Assembly: GCA_963712275.1 (NCBI GenBank)
Contig: CAVQHD010000001.1
Location: 640,001 to 704,000 of the forward strand
Length of the DNA: 64,000 nucleotides
Reading direction: 5' to 3'
Source of the DNA: an uncultured Rhabdochlamydiaceae bacterium
GTDB lineage: Bacteria; Chlamydiota; Chlamydiia; Chlamydiales; Rhabdochlamydiaceae
Below are positions 50,071 through 61,400 of this stretch, piece by piece (the stretch's first letter is position 1; each line of letters opens with the position of its first letter). The translations under genes were made by a program, and so were the position numbers. The notes beneath the pieces are model-generated. The model worked only from the letters and a program-made list of their open reading frames with translations. It was not told the origin of the DNA and did not search any database.

Positions 50071-51506
50071 ATATTTTTAAAAATGTCTTCTAACGTGATA
50101 ATCCGATCAAAGTAAGCTCGAGCAAGTAAAGCATCAGTGGCTCCGCTGGCGCTGATTAACACTTTCTCAATAGTCTTATTTTTTAAGTCGGAAAGCTGGG
50201 ATAATTTCTTTTCAAACTCTTCAATGACGTCGGTACTCGTCTTGCTCAGAGTATACTTGATTTCACAGATGGTTAAGACGTGGTCTGCACGATCGAAAAC
50301 CAGATCAATCTGATAGCCCGATTGCTCGGTGCTTGCACGGTTAAAGAAAACACCACTTTTATAGCGCACGGCAGAAAATCCGATAATCGTGGCAATCATC
50401 AGGCTGTTCTGACGACAAAACCTCTCGAAGGAGAGTCCTAACCATTTCTGATACGATTCTTTGTTGAGTGCATGTAGGGGTGAGCGGTTGTAGTCTCCCT
50501 GTTGGATCCTTTCAGTCAAAGGAGATATAAATTTGAAATAAAATCTTAAGTAGCTATCGGCAATGCAGTACCTAACCAAAATGCTCTTGCTATCGGCTTG
50601 ATAAGGTAGATACCGTTCAATAAACCCACACATTTCAAGGTCTTGGAGGAGATTTGTAAGGTTGCCGCCTCCTTTTATATGAAGAGCTTTTTCTAGATCT
50701 TTTTTACTCGCAAATTTGACCTGGCTTAAATAATCGACAATCTCCTGATAGTGTCCTTTGGTCGCAAAGCTGCTAATGAAAATCCGTTTTTTTTCGTTGC
50801 TGAAGTAGCTGTCCTTCTTAAAACTCTCTTCGCAGATACCGACTTGGACGGATGAATATTTGTTGATCCGTTTCAGATATTCGGGTATGCCACCTACCGT
50901 GAGATAAGCATCCATGACCTCGCGATGAGATCTATTTCCCAAGAGCGTTTGCGTCTCATTTAGCGAAAACTCTCTTAAATTTAACTCATAGATGGAACGG
51001 TTGTAGAGAGCTTTCGAATGGACGACTTGATTTTGCATAAACGAAGGGGATGAGCCACATAAAATCAGTAATAGATTAGGATTGTGCCGTAATGTGTTAT
51101 CCCATACATATTTTAGATCGGAAATCAGCTCATTTTTATACTCGGCAAGCCATTGCACCTCTTCGAGATAAAGAGTCCATTTCCCCACCGAAATCTTGGA
51201 GGCAATGAAGTCGAATAGCTCAAGCCACGTGTTAAACCGTATATGAGTCAGATGCTTATCATTTAGCGCTTTTGAGAGTTGGTAAAGAACGCGGACCATT
51301 TGTGCCTCGGTGTTGCCGTCTTCTACACCTTCAAGCTTAAGAAGATTTCGAGCATGCAACGCATATTCGATCAGTTCTGTCTTCCCGACACGCCTTCGGC
51401 CATAGACAACCAGAATAGCCGCTTCACCTAGCTCGGCTGCCTCCTGAATGTATTTGAGTTCCCCTTTTCTCCCAATAAATCGAATCTTTTTCCGCAGCTT
51501 TGACAT
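50061..51506 (-). CDS. Archaeal-type AAA ATPase with wHTH and C-terminal PD-(D/E)XK-like domain (DUF234-like)
   Basis: FIGRKGEL, YGRRRVGKT, ILCGSS, GGIPEYL, QIDLV...ICEIK. Confidence 0.88.
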   Translation of the reverse strand: MSKLRKKIRFIGRKGELKYIQEAAELGEAAILVVYGRRRVGKTELIEYALHARNLLKLEGVEDGNTEAQMVRVLYQLSKALNDKHLTHIRFNTWLELFDFIASKISVGKWTLYLEEVQWLAEYKNELISDLKYVWDNTLRHNPNLLLILCGSSPSFMQNQVVHSKALYNRSIYELNLREFSLNETQTLLGNRSHREVMDAYLTVGGIPEYLKRINKYSSVQVGICEESFKKDSYFSNEKKRIFISSFATKGHYQEIVDYLSQVKFASKKDLEKALHIKGGGNLTNLLQDLEMCGFIERYLPYQADSKSILVRYCIADSYLRFYFKFISPLTERIQQGDYNRSPLHALNKESYQKWLGLSFERFCRQNSLMIATIIGFSAVRYKSGVFFNRASTEQSGYQIDLVFDRADHVLTICEIKYTLSKTSTDVIEEFEKKLSQLSDLKNKTIEKVLISASGATDALLARAYFDRIITLEDIFKNIET

Positions 51507-51796
51507 AGATTTTCCTGGCCAAATATCTCATAAATATAGCTTGCATGGCCCGAAAAGTCAATCATTTTTGGGCCAGGTATGGAAAAAAAACAGCCTACTT
51601 GGCTCAAATAAAATTTTAACAATGCCTGTTTTAACCAGAGATCTCCGCTTTTGCATCGCTTTCTATCCACGAAACGAACTATCATCGACTTCTCAATATT
51701 CACTCAAAATCTTGTTAAGTAGTTAATTGCTAACAACTTAAATAAACCCATTATTTTTCCAGTGGGTTAAATGGGTTAAAAAGCTTCTCAAAAATG

Positions 51797-51829
51797 ACCA
51801 GTATGTTACTATTAAGGGTACATACTGGT
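51797..51829. promoter_or_regulatory. Inverted repeat, probable AbiEi autoregulatory operator
   Basis: ACCAGTATGT-N13-ACATACTGGT ending 5 nt before the ATG. Confidence 0.6.
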
Positions 51830-51834
51830 AAAAA

Positions 51835-52500
51835 ATGAACAGATCTTTAGGCTCTTTAGGAATAGACCCCGCCGTAGCGATCCTATTAGAAAAATCTTCT
51901 CGAGAGGAATTAGACTATGGCCTTGTCATGGACTGTCTTGCAGGCTACAAAAACCCTCGGAGAAAATTAACCCATCTTTTGAAGATTAAAGCCCTCATTC
52001 GGGTCAAAAAAGGAATTTACGTTTTTGGAAAGTCGTTTGCAAGGCACCCCTATTCATCCGAGGTCTTGGCCAATATGATTTATGGCCCCTCCTACGTTTC
52101 CTTAGAATGGGCATGCCAGTTTTACCGCTTAATTCCTGAAAAAGTGACAACAGTCACAAGTGTTACCTTGCAACGGAGTAGGCAGTTCCAGACTCCCTTG
52201 GGGCTTTTTACCTATGACCACCTTCCTCTTTCCATCTTTTCTGTTGGAGTGACTCTCATGCAATTCTCCGACAACCAACAAGCCCTCATCGCTGTCAGAG
52301 AAAAGGCGCTTTCTGATTTACTTGTTGTGCGCAGAGGAGCTTTTTCTTCGAAAAAACATCTCAGAGAGACCCTTTTTGAAGATTTACGCATTGAAGAAGA
52401 AGACTTAAGGCAGCTCGATCTAAAGACGCTGAATGCAATTTACCAAGCTAGACCTCATAGCGCCATTAAATATCTTATTCAACTTTTGGAGTCGCTATGA
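51835..52500 (+). CDS. AbiEi-like type IV antitoxin
   Basis: LIRVKKGIY, ANMIYGPSYVSLEWA, LIPE, REKALSD. Confidence 0.85.
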   Translation: MNRSLGSLGIDPAVAILLEKSSREELDYGLVMDCLAGYKNPRRKLTHLLKIKALIRVKKGIYVFGKSFARHPYSSEVLANMIYGPSYVSLEWACQFYRLIPEKVTTVTSVTLQRSRQFQTPLGLFTYDHLPLSIFSVGVTLMQFSDNQQALIAVREKALSDLLVVRRGAFSSKKHLRETLFEDLRIEEEDLRQLDLKTLNAIYQARPHSAIKYLIQLLESL

Positions 52501-53348
52501 ATCCCGCTGTCAAATTGATGCTTGCAAAATACCACAGCCATTCGTTGCAAGAGCATGAGCAGGCTCTTCGAGAAATCTTACAAGAGATTGCTCTTGTCGG
52601 GCTCTGGCGCGGAAAATTTTTCGAACATGCCGCTTTTTATGGAGGAACTGCACTGCGTATTTTCTACAACCTCGATCGATTTTCTGAGGATCTCGATTTT
52701 ACGCTTCTCTCGCCCAATCCACATTGGAATTGGCATCCGTTTGCAGAGGTCATTAAACAGGAGCTCTCCTCATTTGGCTTCGATGTCACATTTATAGAAA
52801 AAGAAAAAAAATCTCAAACCGCCATTAAATCCGCCTTCCTCAAAACACCTACCGTCCAGGAACTTTTAAAAATTGGGGTGCATACAAATATTTTAAAAGG
52901 AGTCCATCCTGAAACGCTCATCCGGATCAAAGTAGAAATCGATACCAATCCCACTTTAGCATACCCCTGTGAGCAGAAGTTGTTGTTACAACCGGTTGCT
53001 GTCTCCATTCGGTGTGTCAGTGAAGAGTGCCTCTTTGCTTGCAAAATGCATGCAGCTCTTTTTCGCGCCTGGAAAGGGCGCGTGAAAGGACGAGATTGGT
53101 ATGACTTCATCTGGTTCGTTCGAAGACAAATTGATTTAAACCTAACGTTTTTTTCACAATTGAATGGGCTTAAAAACGTTTTAAGTCGTGATGCTTTTCT
53201 CAAAATGGCTAAAGAGCGTATCGATCAGCTGGATGTAGCAGCAGCAATTGAAGACGCGATTCATTTTGTGCGAGACCAAGAACTCATTCAAAGAACGTGG
53301 TCAAAAGAATTTTTCTTGCAATTGATGCAGCAGATTAAGACGAAATAA
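52497..53348 (+). CDS. AbiEii-family nucleotidyltransferase toxin
   Basis: AFYGGTALR, RFSEDLDF, KMHA, KGRDWYD. Confidence 0.92.
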   Translation: MNPAVKLMLAKYHSHSLQEHEQALREILQEIALVGLWRGKFFEHAAFYGGTALRIFYNLDRFSEDLDFTLLSPNPHWNWHPFAEVIKQELSSFGFDVTFIEKEKKSQTAIKSAFLKTPTVQELLKIGVHTNILKGVHPETLIRIKVEIDTNPTLAYPCEQKLLLQPVAVSIRCVSEECLFACKMHAALFRAWKGRVKGRDWYDFIWFVRRQIDLNLTFFSQLNGLKNVLSRDAFLKMAKERIDQLDVAAAIEDAIHFVRDQELIQRTWSKEFFLQLMQQIKTK

Positions 53349-53973
53349 AGTGAATAAGAAAAGAACGTTGAAGAGAGGCGATGAGGCTGTCAATCCATTT
53401 TTCTTTGCTGGAAAGGGTATCGTTGAGGCGGCAGAGAAACTCTTCGTGAGGTCTATTGTTGCGGTAGGGGGGAGTTTTTGGGGGGTGTTTGAGAAGCTGC
53501 ATATGGTGAGGTAAGTAATTCCAGAGAAATGAGGTGTGAACAAGCCATCGGTCTTTTTTGAGGTAGAGGGCATTGCCGCCGCATTTTTTGTTTTGAAGCG
53601 TGAAATCGTTGTCTTTGAGGATGAGGCCAGGCGTTGCGGGCTCGATGATGGAGGCCACCCATCGAAGGATCGGTTCGGGGTAAGGAAGAAAGGGGTGGAG
53701 GTTTTTCTGGCAAATGAAGGTGACAAAGACGGTTTCTTCATCGACGATGACGGTGCCACCGCCGCTAAATCGCCTGATAAGGGGGATGGTGGGAGGAAGC
53801 TGGTCGAGGTGGACGAGATTGTGCGCCTCTCCTGAAATGCCTAGGACAATAGCGGGAGGCGTTCCTGTGTTGATGAGGCAGTAATTTTCTGTGCGAGTTT
53901 TCAGAAGCTGCTCTTCAAGGAGAAGTTGATCTTGGATGGGAAGATTGTAAAAACGGAGAAGCTGGAATGTCAT
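53335..53973 (-). CDS. lplA: Lipoate-protein ligase A family protein
   Basis: RRFSGGGTV, NDF, KCGGNA, HTSFLW. Confidence 0.88.
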   Translation of the reverse strand: MTFQLLRFYNLPIQDQLLLEEQLLKTRTENYCLINTGTPPAIVLGISGEAHNLVHLDQLPPTIPLIRRFSGGGTVIVDEETVFVTFICQKNLHPFLPYPEPILRWVASIIEPATPGLILKDNDFTLQNKKCGGNALYLKKDRWLVHTSFLWNYLPHHMQLLKHPPKTPPYRNNRPHEEFLCRLNDTLSSKEKWIDSLIASLQRSFLIHFISS

Positions 53974-54857
53974 AGAGCGATAATGCGATTGCCGGTTTTT
54001 TTTGCCTCGGAGACAGCTTGCGTTGCAACCTTGATCAATTGATCGAATTCTTCGGCGGAAGAGTCTCGCGTTGGATGGTGGGGGTCCCATGTGATGAGGC
54101 CGATGGAAACGGAGAGGGGAAACATCACTTTTTCAACATCTAAACGAATCACCTCAGCAATAAGCTGGGCGGCTCTTTGAGATGTTTTGGGAAGCATGAG
54201 AATGAATTTACCAGGGCTTTGAGGAATTAAAATATCGTGTTTGCGGAGGTTGGACTGAAGGGTAGGAAGGAGCGTTGTTGTGGACGAGAGAGGATCTTTT
54301 TTTAAGGCGTCGAGTTCGATGATGAGGAGCGTAACAGAGGAGCCGCTTTCGCGGGCTTTGGAGATTTCCTTGATGGCTTGGTCGTTTAAAAACTCTCGGT
54401 TGGAAAGGGAGGTGGCTGAAGAGGGTTTTGGGGTTGACCGTTTGGCCACTTCTAAGACGCTTTTCGTCCGCTCAAACGATTGAAAGGCAACGGCGATTCG
54501 TTGCTCGATCTCATCTTCATCCAGAGGTTTATTGATAAAGTCGGTTGCTCCCGCGCGAAGAGAATCTTGCGCGAACTTTTTTTTGAAATTATTGGTGATG
54601 AGAAGGATCGGTTTTTTTCGCTCGCCTAGAGCAGTTCTCAGTTGAGAAATGAGGGTAAGAAGAGGAGACTCTTCAAGCTCTTCTGAGTCTAAGATCACAA
54701 GATCTGGAGAGGTTGCTTGAAGAATTTCAAGGGCAGAGGGGGCATCAGTTCTTTCAATCAACTGAAAAGAGAGCCTTAAGGTATTCCGCAGGAAATTGGC
54801 AGTTGCAGAGTCGCTGGAGACAATCAAAGCAATCGGTAAAAGGGGGTTTGTCTTCAT
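53970..54857 (-). CDS. Response regulator with degenerate GGDEF domain
   Basis: REC: PDLVILD, GATDFINKP; GGDEF position reads SPGKF; SVSIG, AKKTGNRI. Confidence 0.8.
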   Translation of the reverse strand: MKTNPLLPIALIVSSDSATANFLRNTLRLSFQLIERTDAPSALEILQATSPDLVILDSEELEESPLLTLISQLRTALGERKKPILLITNNFKKKFAQDSLRAGATDFINKPLDEDEIEQRIAVAFQSFERTKSVLEVAKRSTPKPSSATSLSNREFLNDQAIKEISKARESGSSVTLLIIELDALKKDPLSSTTTLLPTLQSNLRKHDILIPQSPGKFILMLPKTSQRAAQLIAEVIRLDVEKVMFPLSVSIGLITWDPHHPTRDSSAEEFDQLIKVATQAVSEAKKTGNRIIAL

Positions 54858-54868
54858 ACTTTTGGAGA

Positions 54869-56698
54869 TTACCGATTTTTATTTCGAAGTGCAACCATCA
54901 AGACTTGAATGTCGGCGGGCGTGATCCCTGCAAGGCGGGAGGCTTGGCCGAGGGTATGGGGCCGCACTTTGGATAACTTTTCACGCGCTTCACGGCTTAA
55001 AGCAGAGACGGAGGCATAGTCAAAAGAAGGGGAAATTTCAGAGTGTTCGATGGTGGAGAGTTTTTCAACTTCTTTTTGCTGCCTGCTAATATAGCCTGCA
55101 TATTTGATCTCTAGTTCAACTTGCGACTCGACTTCATCTCCAATCGAGGAAACAAACTCGGGAAATTCCTCACAGAGGCGGCTATAGGTCCAATCGGATC
55201 GGCACAGCAGCTGGGCAAGCGATGACGATTTTCCTTCATAAGCGATGTGTTTTTTGGAAAGGTGAAGAGTATGGTCTTCGATGCTTTTCTTTTTAGTTAA
55301 AAGCGCCTCATATTGAGTAGAAGAAATTAAGCCCAGTTCATATCCAAGAGAGCGAAGTCTTAAGTCGGCATTATCTTGCCGAAGGAGAAGTCGGTGTTCT
55401 GCCCGGCTTGTGAACATTCGATACGGCTCATCCAGTTCTTTGGTGATCAGCTCATCGATCATCACGCCGATATAAGCGTCAGACCGTTTTAAAAAAAAGG
55501 GAGATTTGCCAAGGACTTGGAGGGCGGCATTGATCCCCGCGATGAGTCCTTGTCCTGCAGCTTCTTCATACCCTGTTGTCCCATTGATTTGACCTGCGAG
55601 AAAAAGTCCTTTGATCTCTTTGGTTTCAAGGGTGGGCAAGAGTTGTCCACTCGTGACATAGTCGTATTCAATGGCATAGGCTGGCCTCATGATTTCGGCA
55701 TTTTGGAGACCTGGAATCGTTTGAATCATGAGAAGCTGGATATCAAAGGGAAGGGAGGTGGAGATTCCATTAATGTAGAGTTCATCTGTTGTGAGCCCTT
55801 CGGGTTCGATGAAAATTTGGTGCCTTTCTTTATCTGCAAATCGAACAAACTTATCTTCGATAGAAGGACAGTACCGAGGGCCGATGCTTCGGATCTTCCC
55901 TGAATACATCGGAGAGAGATGCAGGTGATTTAGGACCGCCGTTTTGGTGGCCTCCGAGGTGTACGTAATATAGCACGGGACTTGGGGAAGCCCTTGATCT
56001 TCAGGAGGATCGAAGGAAAACCGGACGCCCTCATCCCCTTCTTGCCGCTCCATTTGGGTGAAGTCAACGCTGCGGCGATGAAGGCGGGGAGGTGTGCCTG
56101 TTTTGAGCCGTCCTAGTTTGAATCCGAGAGACTCAAGAGAAGCGGAAAGCCCCAGGGACGGTTTGTCGCCTGCTCTCCCTCCGGAAAATGTGGTGGGTCC
56201 AATGTGGAGCATGCCCCGCATAAAGGTTCCAGCAGAGAGAATAACCTGTTTCCCTTGGTAAGCAATTCCCTCTTGTGTTTCAACCCCTTGGATGTAGCCG
56301 TTTTTAACGATCAGTTTTTCAGTGGTTCCTTGCTTGATAAAAAGACCGGGAGTCACTTCAAGCCGTTTTCGCATAGCGGTTTGATAGGCGAGCTTATCGC
56401 TTTGTGCTCGAGGAGACCAGACGGCAGGCCCCTTTGATCGGTTGAGCATCCGGTATTGAATGGCTGTGCTATCGGCAACTTTTCCCATGATGCCTCCAAG
56501 GGCGTCGATTTCGCGAACAAGATGCCCTTTTGCAGTCCCGCCCACAGCAGGGTTGCAGCTCATTTTGCCGATAGTGTCCAGGCTCATCGTCAGGAGCAGT
56601 GTTTGGCATCCCATTTTCGCAGTGGCATGGGCAGCCTCGCACCCCGCATGTCCTGCGCCGACGATAATGACATCAAATTCTTGAGGGTAAGTCCACAT
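54869..56698 (-). CDS. mnmG: tRNA uridine-5-carboxymethylaminomethyl modification enzyme
   Basis: [50 protein letters not shown]. Confidence 0.97.
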   Translation of the reverse strand: MWTYPQEFDVIIVGAGHAGCEAAHATAKMGCQTLLLTMSLDTIGKMSCNPAVGGTAKGHLVREIDALGGIMGKVADSTAIQYRMLNRSKGPAVWSPRAQSDKLAYQTAMRKRLEVTPGLFIKQGTTEKLIVKNGYIQGVETQEGIAYQGKQVILSAGTFMRGMLHIGPTTFSGGRAGDKPSLGLSASLESLGFKLGRLKTGTPPRLHRRSVDFTQMERQEGDEGVRFSFDPPEDQGLPQVPCYITYTSEATKTAVLNHLHLSPMYSGKIRSIGPRYCPSIEDKFVRFADKERHQIFIEPEGLTTDELYINGISTSLPFDIQLLMIQTIPGLQNAEIMRPAYAIEYDYVTSGQLLPTLETKEIKGLFLAGQINGTTGYEEAAGQGLIAGINAALQVLGKSPFFLKRSDAYIGVMIDELITKELDEPYRMFTSRAEHRLLLRQDNADLRLRSLGYELGLISSTQYEALLTKKKSIEDHTLHLSKKHIAYEGKSSSLAQLLCRSDWTYSRLCEEFPEFVSSIGDEVESQVELEIKYAGYISRQQKEVEKLSTIEHSEISPSFDYASVSALSREAREKLSKVRPHTLGQASRLAGITPADIQVLMVALRNKNR

Positions 56699-56746
56699 GG
56701 GAGAGAATTATAGCGGAAAAGGTGAAAATGGGGTCACTTTAATATT

Positions 56747-58411
56747 TCAAACATAAAAAGCAATTGAACCCACTCCTTCTTTTTGAGTGAATTTAAATTT
56801 TGAAAAATTGAAGTTTGGAATGGTGCCTATGAAGAGATAGCCGTGGGAGGGAATTGTGTTTGACCTAAATTCCTTTATTTGGGCTTTGTTCAATAGCTTT
56901 TCTCTTGTTCCAATAATAAAAATGAATTTCTTATCAACCAAGATGCTAATATCTTCTATTTCAATTCCAGAAATATCAAATAATATCTGTTCGCAAAATA
57001 AGGATTTATCTTCTTTATTCAAGAATGATATTTGTCGTAAAATTTTAAAAACTCCAGAATCAGATGGGAATAAAATGTAAGAATAGTACTGATTAAAAAT
57101 GGCAAGGTTATTGTCCGAAACAGGACTTTGTGTGTCATTGGATGGAGTATAGATAAAGGCATCTTCTCCAAGGGGTATAAGGCCTAATCTTTTGGGAATA
57201 TTTTTTCTGTTTAAAACATGGATAAACATGGGGAAAGAAATTGTATTCCGTTTTTTATTGAATTTAAATACAATATTGTTAATAAATGAGTCTGATGTTT
57301 TAAGTTCTATAGACCGCCTAAATAAAGCGTTGTTTGATTTTCCAATCATGAAGATATATTTGTTGTCGATGAGTGCGACAAGATTTTCTAGGTTTATATT
57401 TCGTATGTTAAGTTCAATGCATGTATAGTCATCTATTCCGCAGTCGTCCACAATTTCAAAAGAAGAGGAGTTTTCATAATAATCTTTAAAAATTGAGAAT
57501 TGATCCTCTGAAAGCGGCATCCAAGTCTTGCAATGAAATTGATAGACCATAGGATCTTTTCCTAGTATCCGAGATCCTAGCTGATAAGTGGTTGTTGAAA
57601 AAGTTTGCAAAGGAGGAATTTCTTCTGGAATTGGAGAAACTTCTGTAGATGAATTAGTTCCGTCAAGAAGGGAAGCCTGGGGTGCCATTGATGCAAAAGT
57701 TTGTTCAGTCGGTAAAGGAGGAATTTCTTCTGGAATTGGAGAAACTTCTGTAGATGAATTAGTTCCGTCAAGAAGGGAAGCCTGGGGTGCCATTGATGCA
57801 AAAGTTTGTTCAGTCGGTAAAGGAGGAACTCCTTCTGAAGTTAAGGGACCTTCTATGGGTTTGGTAGCAAGAGAAGCGTAGGTCATTGAAGAAAAGGCTT
57901 GTTCAAAGCGCATCTTACAGGAAATGTTTGGATGGTGTTGCTGCTTTAGAATTAAATGAACCGGGCAATCGTCAATCAGTAAGTTAAGAATGCTGTTTTC
58001 TTGGGCATTATGAAACAAAGTGGAGGGCATTTTCTCAAAGGCAATGGAAGCAGGTCTTTTGGGTTGTAGAAAAAAGAAGATCGCCTTTAGGACAAATTCA
58101 ATGGTTTTTAATAGAGTAGATGTCTGGGGTTGTACGATTTGAAGAGGGACATAGAAATCTCTTTCTTTGATGGAAATGGATTCGCCCGAGGAGTTTTTTA
58201 TACAGGGCAAGCCATCAGGAGAACGATTAACGTCTATCAATTCTACCTGAGTTGTATCTATGATGTAGGCTTCTACTGCGGTCGAAGGATTAAAAACCCT
58301 GCCTAACATATCAAAAACAGGCGAAAGAAGCTTAAATAGACTTAACTTTGTAGATGGTGCCTCGCAAGCCGCAGTCCAAGTTTTTGCCCAAGGCCAGGAA
58401 ACCTTCATCAT
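56747..58411 (-). CDS. Hypothetical protein with Pro/Ser/Thr-rich duplicated linker and two possible Hsp20-like domains
   Basis: 35-aa exact repeat; ILFDISGIEIEDISILVDKKFIFIIGTRE and IELNIRNINLENLVALIDNKYIFMIGK. Confidence 0.55.
   Translation of the reverse strand: MMKVSWPWAKTWTAACEAPSTKLSLFKLLSPVFDMLGRVFNPSTAVEAYIIDTTQVELIDVNRSPDGLPCIKNSSGESISIKERDFYVPLQIVQPQTSTLLKTIEFVLKAIFFFLQPKRPASIAFEKMPSTLFHNAQENSILNLLIDDCPVHLILKQQHHPNISCKMRFEQAFSSMTYASLATKPIEGPLTSEGVPPLPTEQTFASMAPQASLLDGTNSSTEVSPIPEEIPPLPTEQTFASMAPQASLLDGTNSSTEVSPIPEEIPPLQTFSTTTYQLGSRILGKDPMVYQFHCKTWMPLSEDQFSIFKDYYENSSSFEIVDDCGIDDYTCIELNIRNINLENLVALIDNKYIFMIGKSNNALFRRSIELKTSDSFINNIVFKFNKKRNTISFPMFIHVLNRKNIPKRLGLIPLGEDAFIYTPSNDTQSPVSDNNLAIFNQYYSYILFPSDSGVFKILRQISFLNKEDKSLFCEQILFDISGIEIEDISILVDKKFIFIIGTREKLLNKAQIKEFRSNTIPSHGYLFIGTIPNFNFSKFKFTQKEGVGSIAFYV
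57609..57828. repeat. Exact 105 bp tandem duplication (2 copies plus 10 bp)
   Basis: Unit starts AAAGGAGGAA at 57609, 57714 and 57819. Confidence 0.95.
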
Positions 58412-61400
58412 ATAGAAAGCGAGGGTCTTCGTTTGACCTCAATTAATGTTTTTGCGACTTGTTTTAGCTTTTCATCTTCAATATAGGGCAGCAGAGCTTC
58501 TGGGTGTTCCAACTTAGAGAGATTCTTATCAATCAAATCGACGATCTGCTCTGCAAAAAGAGCTTTGTTCGGAATATGCTCAAGAGCAACCAAAACCTCT
58601 TTTAGAGAAGATGCATTCCAGAGTTCTTTCATGGATAAACATTTTTTTAATACGTCGACTCGGATGGTAAGATCAGGTATTTCCAAAGCAAATGAAATGG
58701 CGGATCTTTCAGGATATCCTATTAGACGGGTCGCTTCTAATAGACGTATCGCTTCTAAGGCTAAAGCGGAAAACAGTCTGGTTTTTCCCGAAGCTCCATA
58801 TTTCTCCATTCTTTGGCAGATTTGGGTGAAAAGCGGCTGTAAAAGATCGGCCGTAGTAAGGGTTAAGGCTGCTATCTTAACTAACGTCGTTTCTTGAATG
58901 GCTGAATTGACGATCCCATCCACCATCTTGAGAATCGCTTCGATTGAAAAAGTCGCATACTCTTCGCCGTAGATTTTTACGCAAGTTCTTGCGGCAATAT
59001 CGAGAAATAGATCTTTTTTAGCAGAAGGCGGGAGAATTGAAAAAAGATCTTCATCATAACGAGAACTGTTTTTTTGACTCAAATCTGCGAGCCAACTCAC
59101 AAATTTTCCTATTTGTTTTTTCTCCAAGTTCTTTTCATTAGGAGCTCTAATAATGATGTCGATGGCTTTTTCACTATTTTCCTCAGCCAAGCAGCGAAAG
59201 GCATCTTTTGTAAAAGCATTCATTTTGAACTTTTTCATCAACAGGACTTCGTAATGATAAAAACTCCAGAAAGAGCTTTTTTCCACAAGCTTTTTAACAG
59301 CACATGGAGTGTTTTGGTCGGAGGGATGAATTCCGAAAAGAATGAAGTAGGTGGTGAAGGGGCCGACATTGATCTTTTCCAACTCTTTGCGAGGAGCTTT
59401 GGAGAGCGCATGGACGGTCTGTTGCAGTTGATCCTTTAAATAAGCTCTTGCCTCAGCCGTTGTTTGAGGGGGTGTTTTCTTTTCCAGCGCTTGAAGAGCT
59501 TGAATTGCTAAAGGATCTCGAAGCTGTTTAATCAAAAGATCAACCAGCTGGAAAAAGCGGCTGGGGACTTGGTGTGCAATTGAATCTTCAGCATACGTCA
59601 CCCATGTTTTTGAAACGGTCTGATCGTAGCCTGCCGGCACATATGAAAAAATGCGATTGAAGGTCTCTGGAGGAAGATTTGGGAGGCCTGACACAAGTTG
59701 CTTATAAAACTTTTGGCAACACAAGACAAGAAGAGGCTTCTCTTTTTGGAAATAGTCGCTCCGAATGATCCATCCTGCTGCATCGCGCAGTTGAAGCGTC
59801 TCTGGGTGATTAGCTAACTCAGGTTTTTCGGTTAGTGCAATCGATTGATTGGCGAATTGCACGCGGATCTCTTCCCACGACTTTCCTTGAAAACTCTTAA
59901 GATCCAATTCTTCGGCAAGCTCTGCTAAGGGGCTTTCTTGGAAGAGTCGGCTCGCAAGGGTTAAAAATTGCTGTCTTTGAGGATAATTTGGCAATCTTGC
60001 AAACGGCTTTTCTCCTGTCTTTGTTGTTTGGTCTCGAATCTTCAGCAGAGCCGACTTCACGGCTTTCGCTTCACGTTCATCTCTTCTTGGCATACGGAGC
60101 AAGAGATTGGCTGCCTTTATAAGATCTCTTGCCAAAAGGGTGTTGAATATCTCCATCACATCCTTATCCGTGGGAGAAAGGTCTTTTTCATGGGACTTCA
60201 TAAACTGGTAGTAGCGGCTTAAAGTCGCTGCTATACCAAGAGCGTGGTGGACCTCGCAATGGCAATCATCTTCCATCGACTTTTTCTTCATCCAGATCTT
60301 CGGATTACCGATATACGAAGATGTGCAGTGTAACTCGATAGAGTTAAGAATGGAAACATCAGCGATCGATAACGTGTGAATAAGGGCTTCCTGTTGTTTC
60401 TTAAGATAGTCTAAAGCTTCGGTAAGATTTTGAGGAGGCGCTTGTGTCAAGGCTTCTGTTTTCATCTGGTTTAATTTATCACAAACGGCCTGAGAATGAA
60501 TCTGAGATGCATCTGAGCAAGCTATGATCTGTCGGAGGAGGTCATCGATAAGGGATGAGAAAGCTTTCGGCGTACATCGTGCAAGGGCTTTTTCAACACT
60601 CTTTTCAGCCTCTGGATATTTCTTAGCAAACTTAAATAAATCGTCATTTGAAAGGTCTTGAAAAATGCTCTGCTGCGTCTCCTCGGAAAGTGTCGAAAAA
60701 TTGGAATTGTTTTGCACCTTTTGCAAACAGGCTTGAAGATGAGACATGAGATAGGGGTAAAATTCACTGAATGAGTTGATAGGCTCTTGAAGCGATTGGA
60801 TCTTCTTTTGCGTTTTTTTTGCAGTCAGAAATTTATCCAATTCGGTCTGTTTTTCATGCTTGCAACATAACTCAACGACACGATCCTTGAGCTGAGCGGC
60901 AGTGAGCTGATTTAATCTCTCAGCTGCTTTGAGGGCATTGTATTTTTGAGCGAGGTGCTGAATGCGATGGGCTATTTTTTTAGAATCAGACCCTAAAGGA
61001 GGGCTGAGGATTTGGAGGAGCCGATCTAAACGAGCCACTTGCTCCAAATCACTTCGATCATTCGAGATTTTTTTGAGTGTTAATGCAGCCGTTTTAAGAG
61101 CTGTTTCAACAAAGTTATTTTTCAAATCTAGAATGGCTCTGTTGATGCGCTTTGGGCTTTTAGATAACGTTCCAATCTGATGAGTCTGTGCTGCAAAATT
61201 TTCAACGGTCTGGTAGTAGGCTTTAATCTTGCTGATTTTTTCTTCTTCAACCTCTTCATCCCAGGTGCTCTGCGTTGCAAAACGAATCACTTTTTGGTTC
61301 AATTTTTTACGATGCTCTTCAGCAATAGGATGAAGTTGATCGTAAAGAGATTGAAGCGCACTCTGATTAGGGTTTAGCCGAGAGATCAATTTGCAAAAAC

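Noticed and set aside
50041..54000. Prophage or integrative element with attL/attR at tRNA-Lys
   Set aside because: No duplicated tRNA 3' end and no integrase found by eye.
57609..57828. 105 bp repeat as CRISPR or mobile element
   Set aside because: It is a head-to-tail in-frame coding duplication with no spacers.
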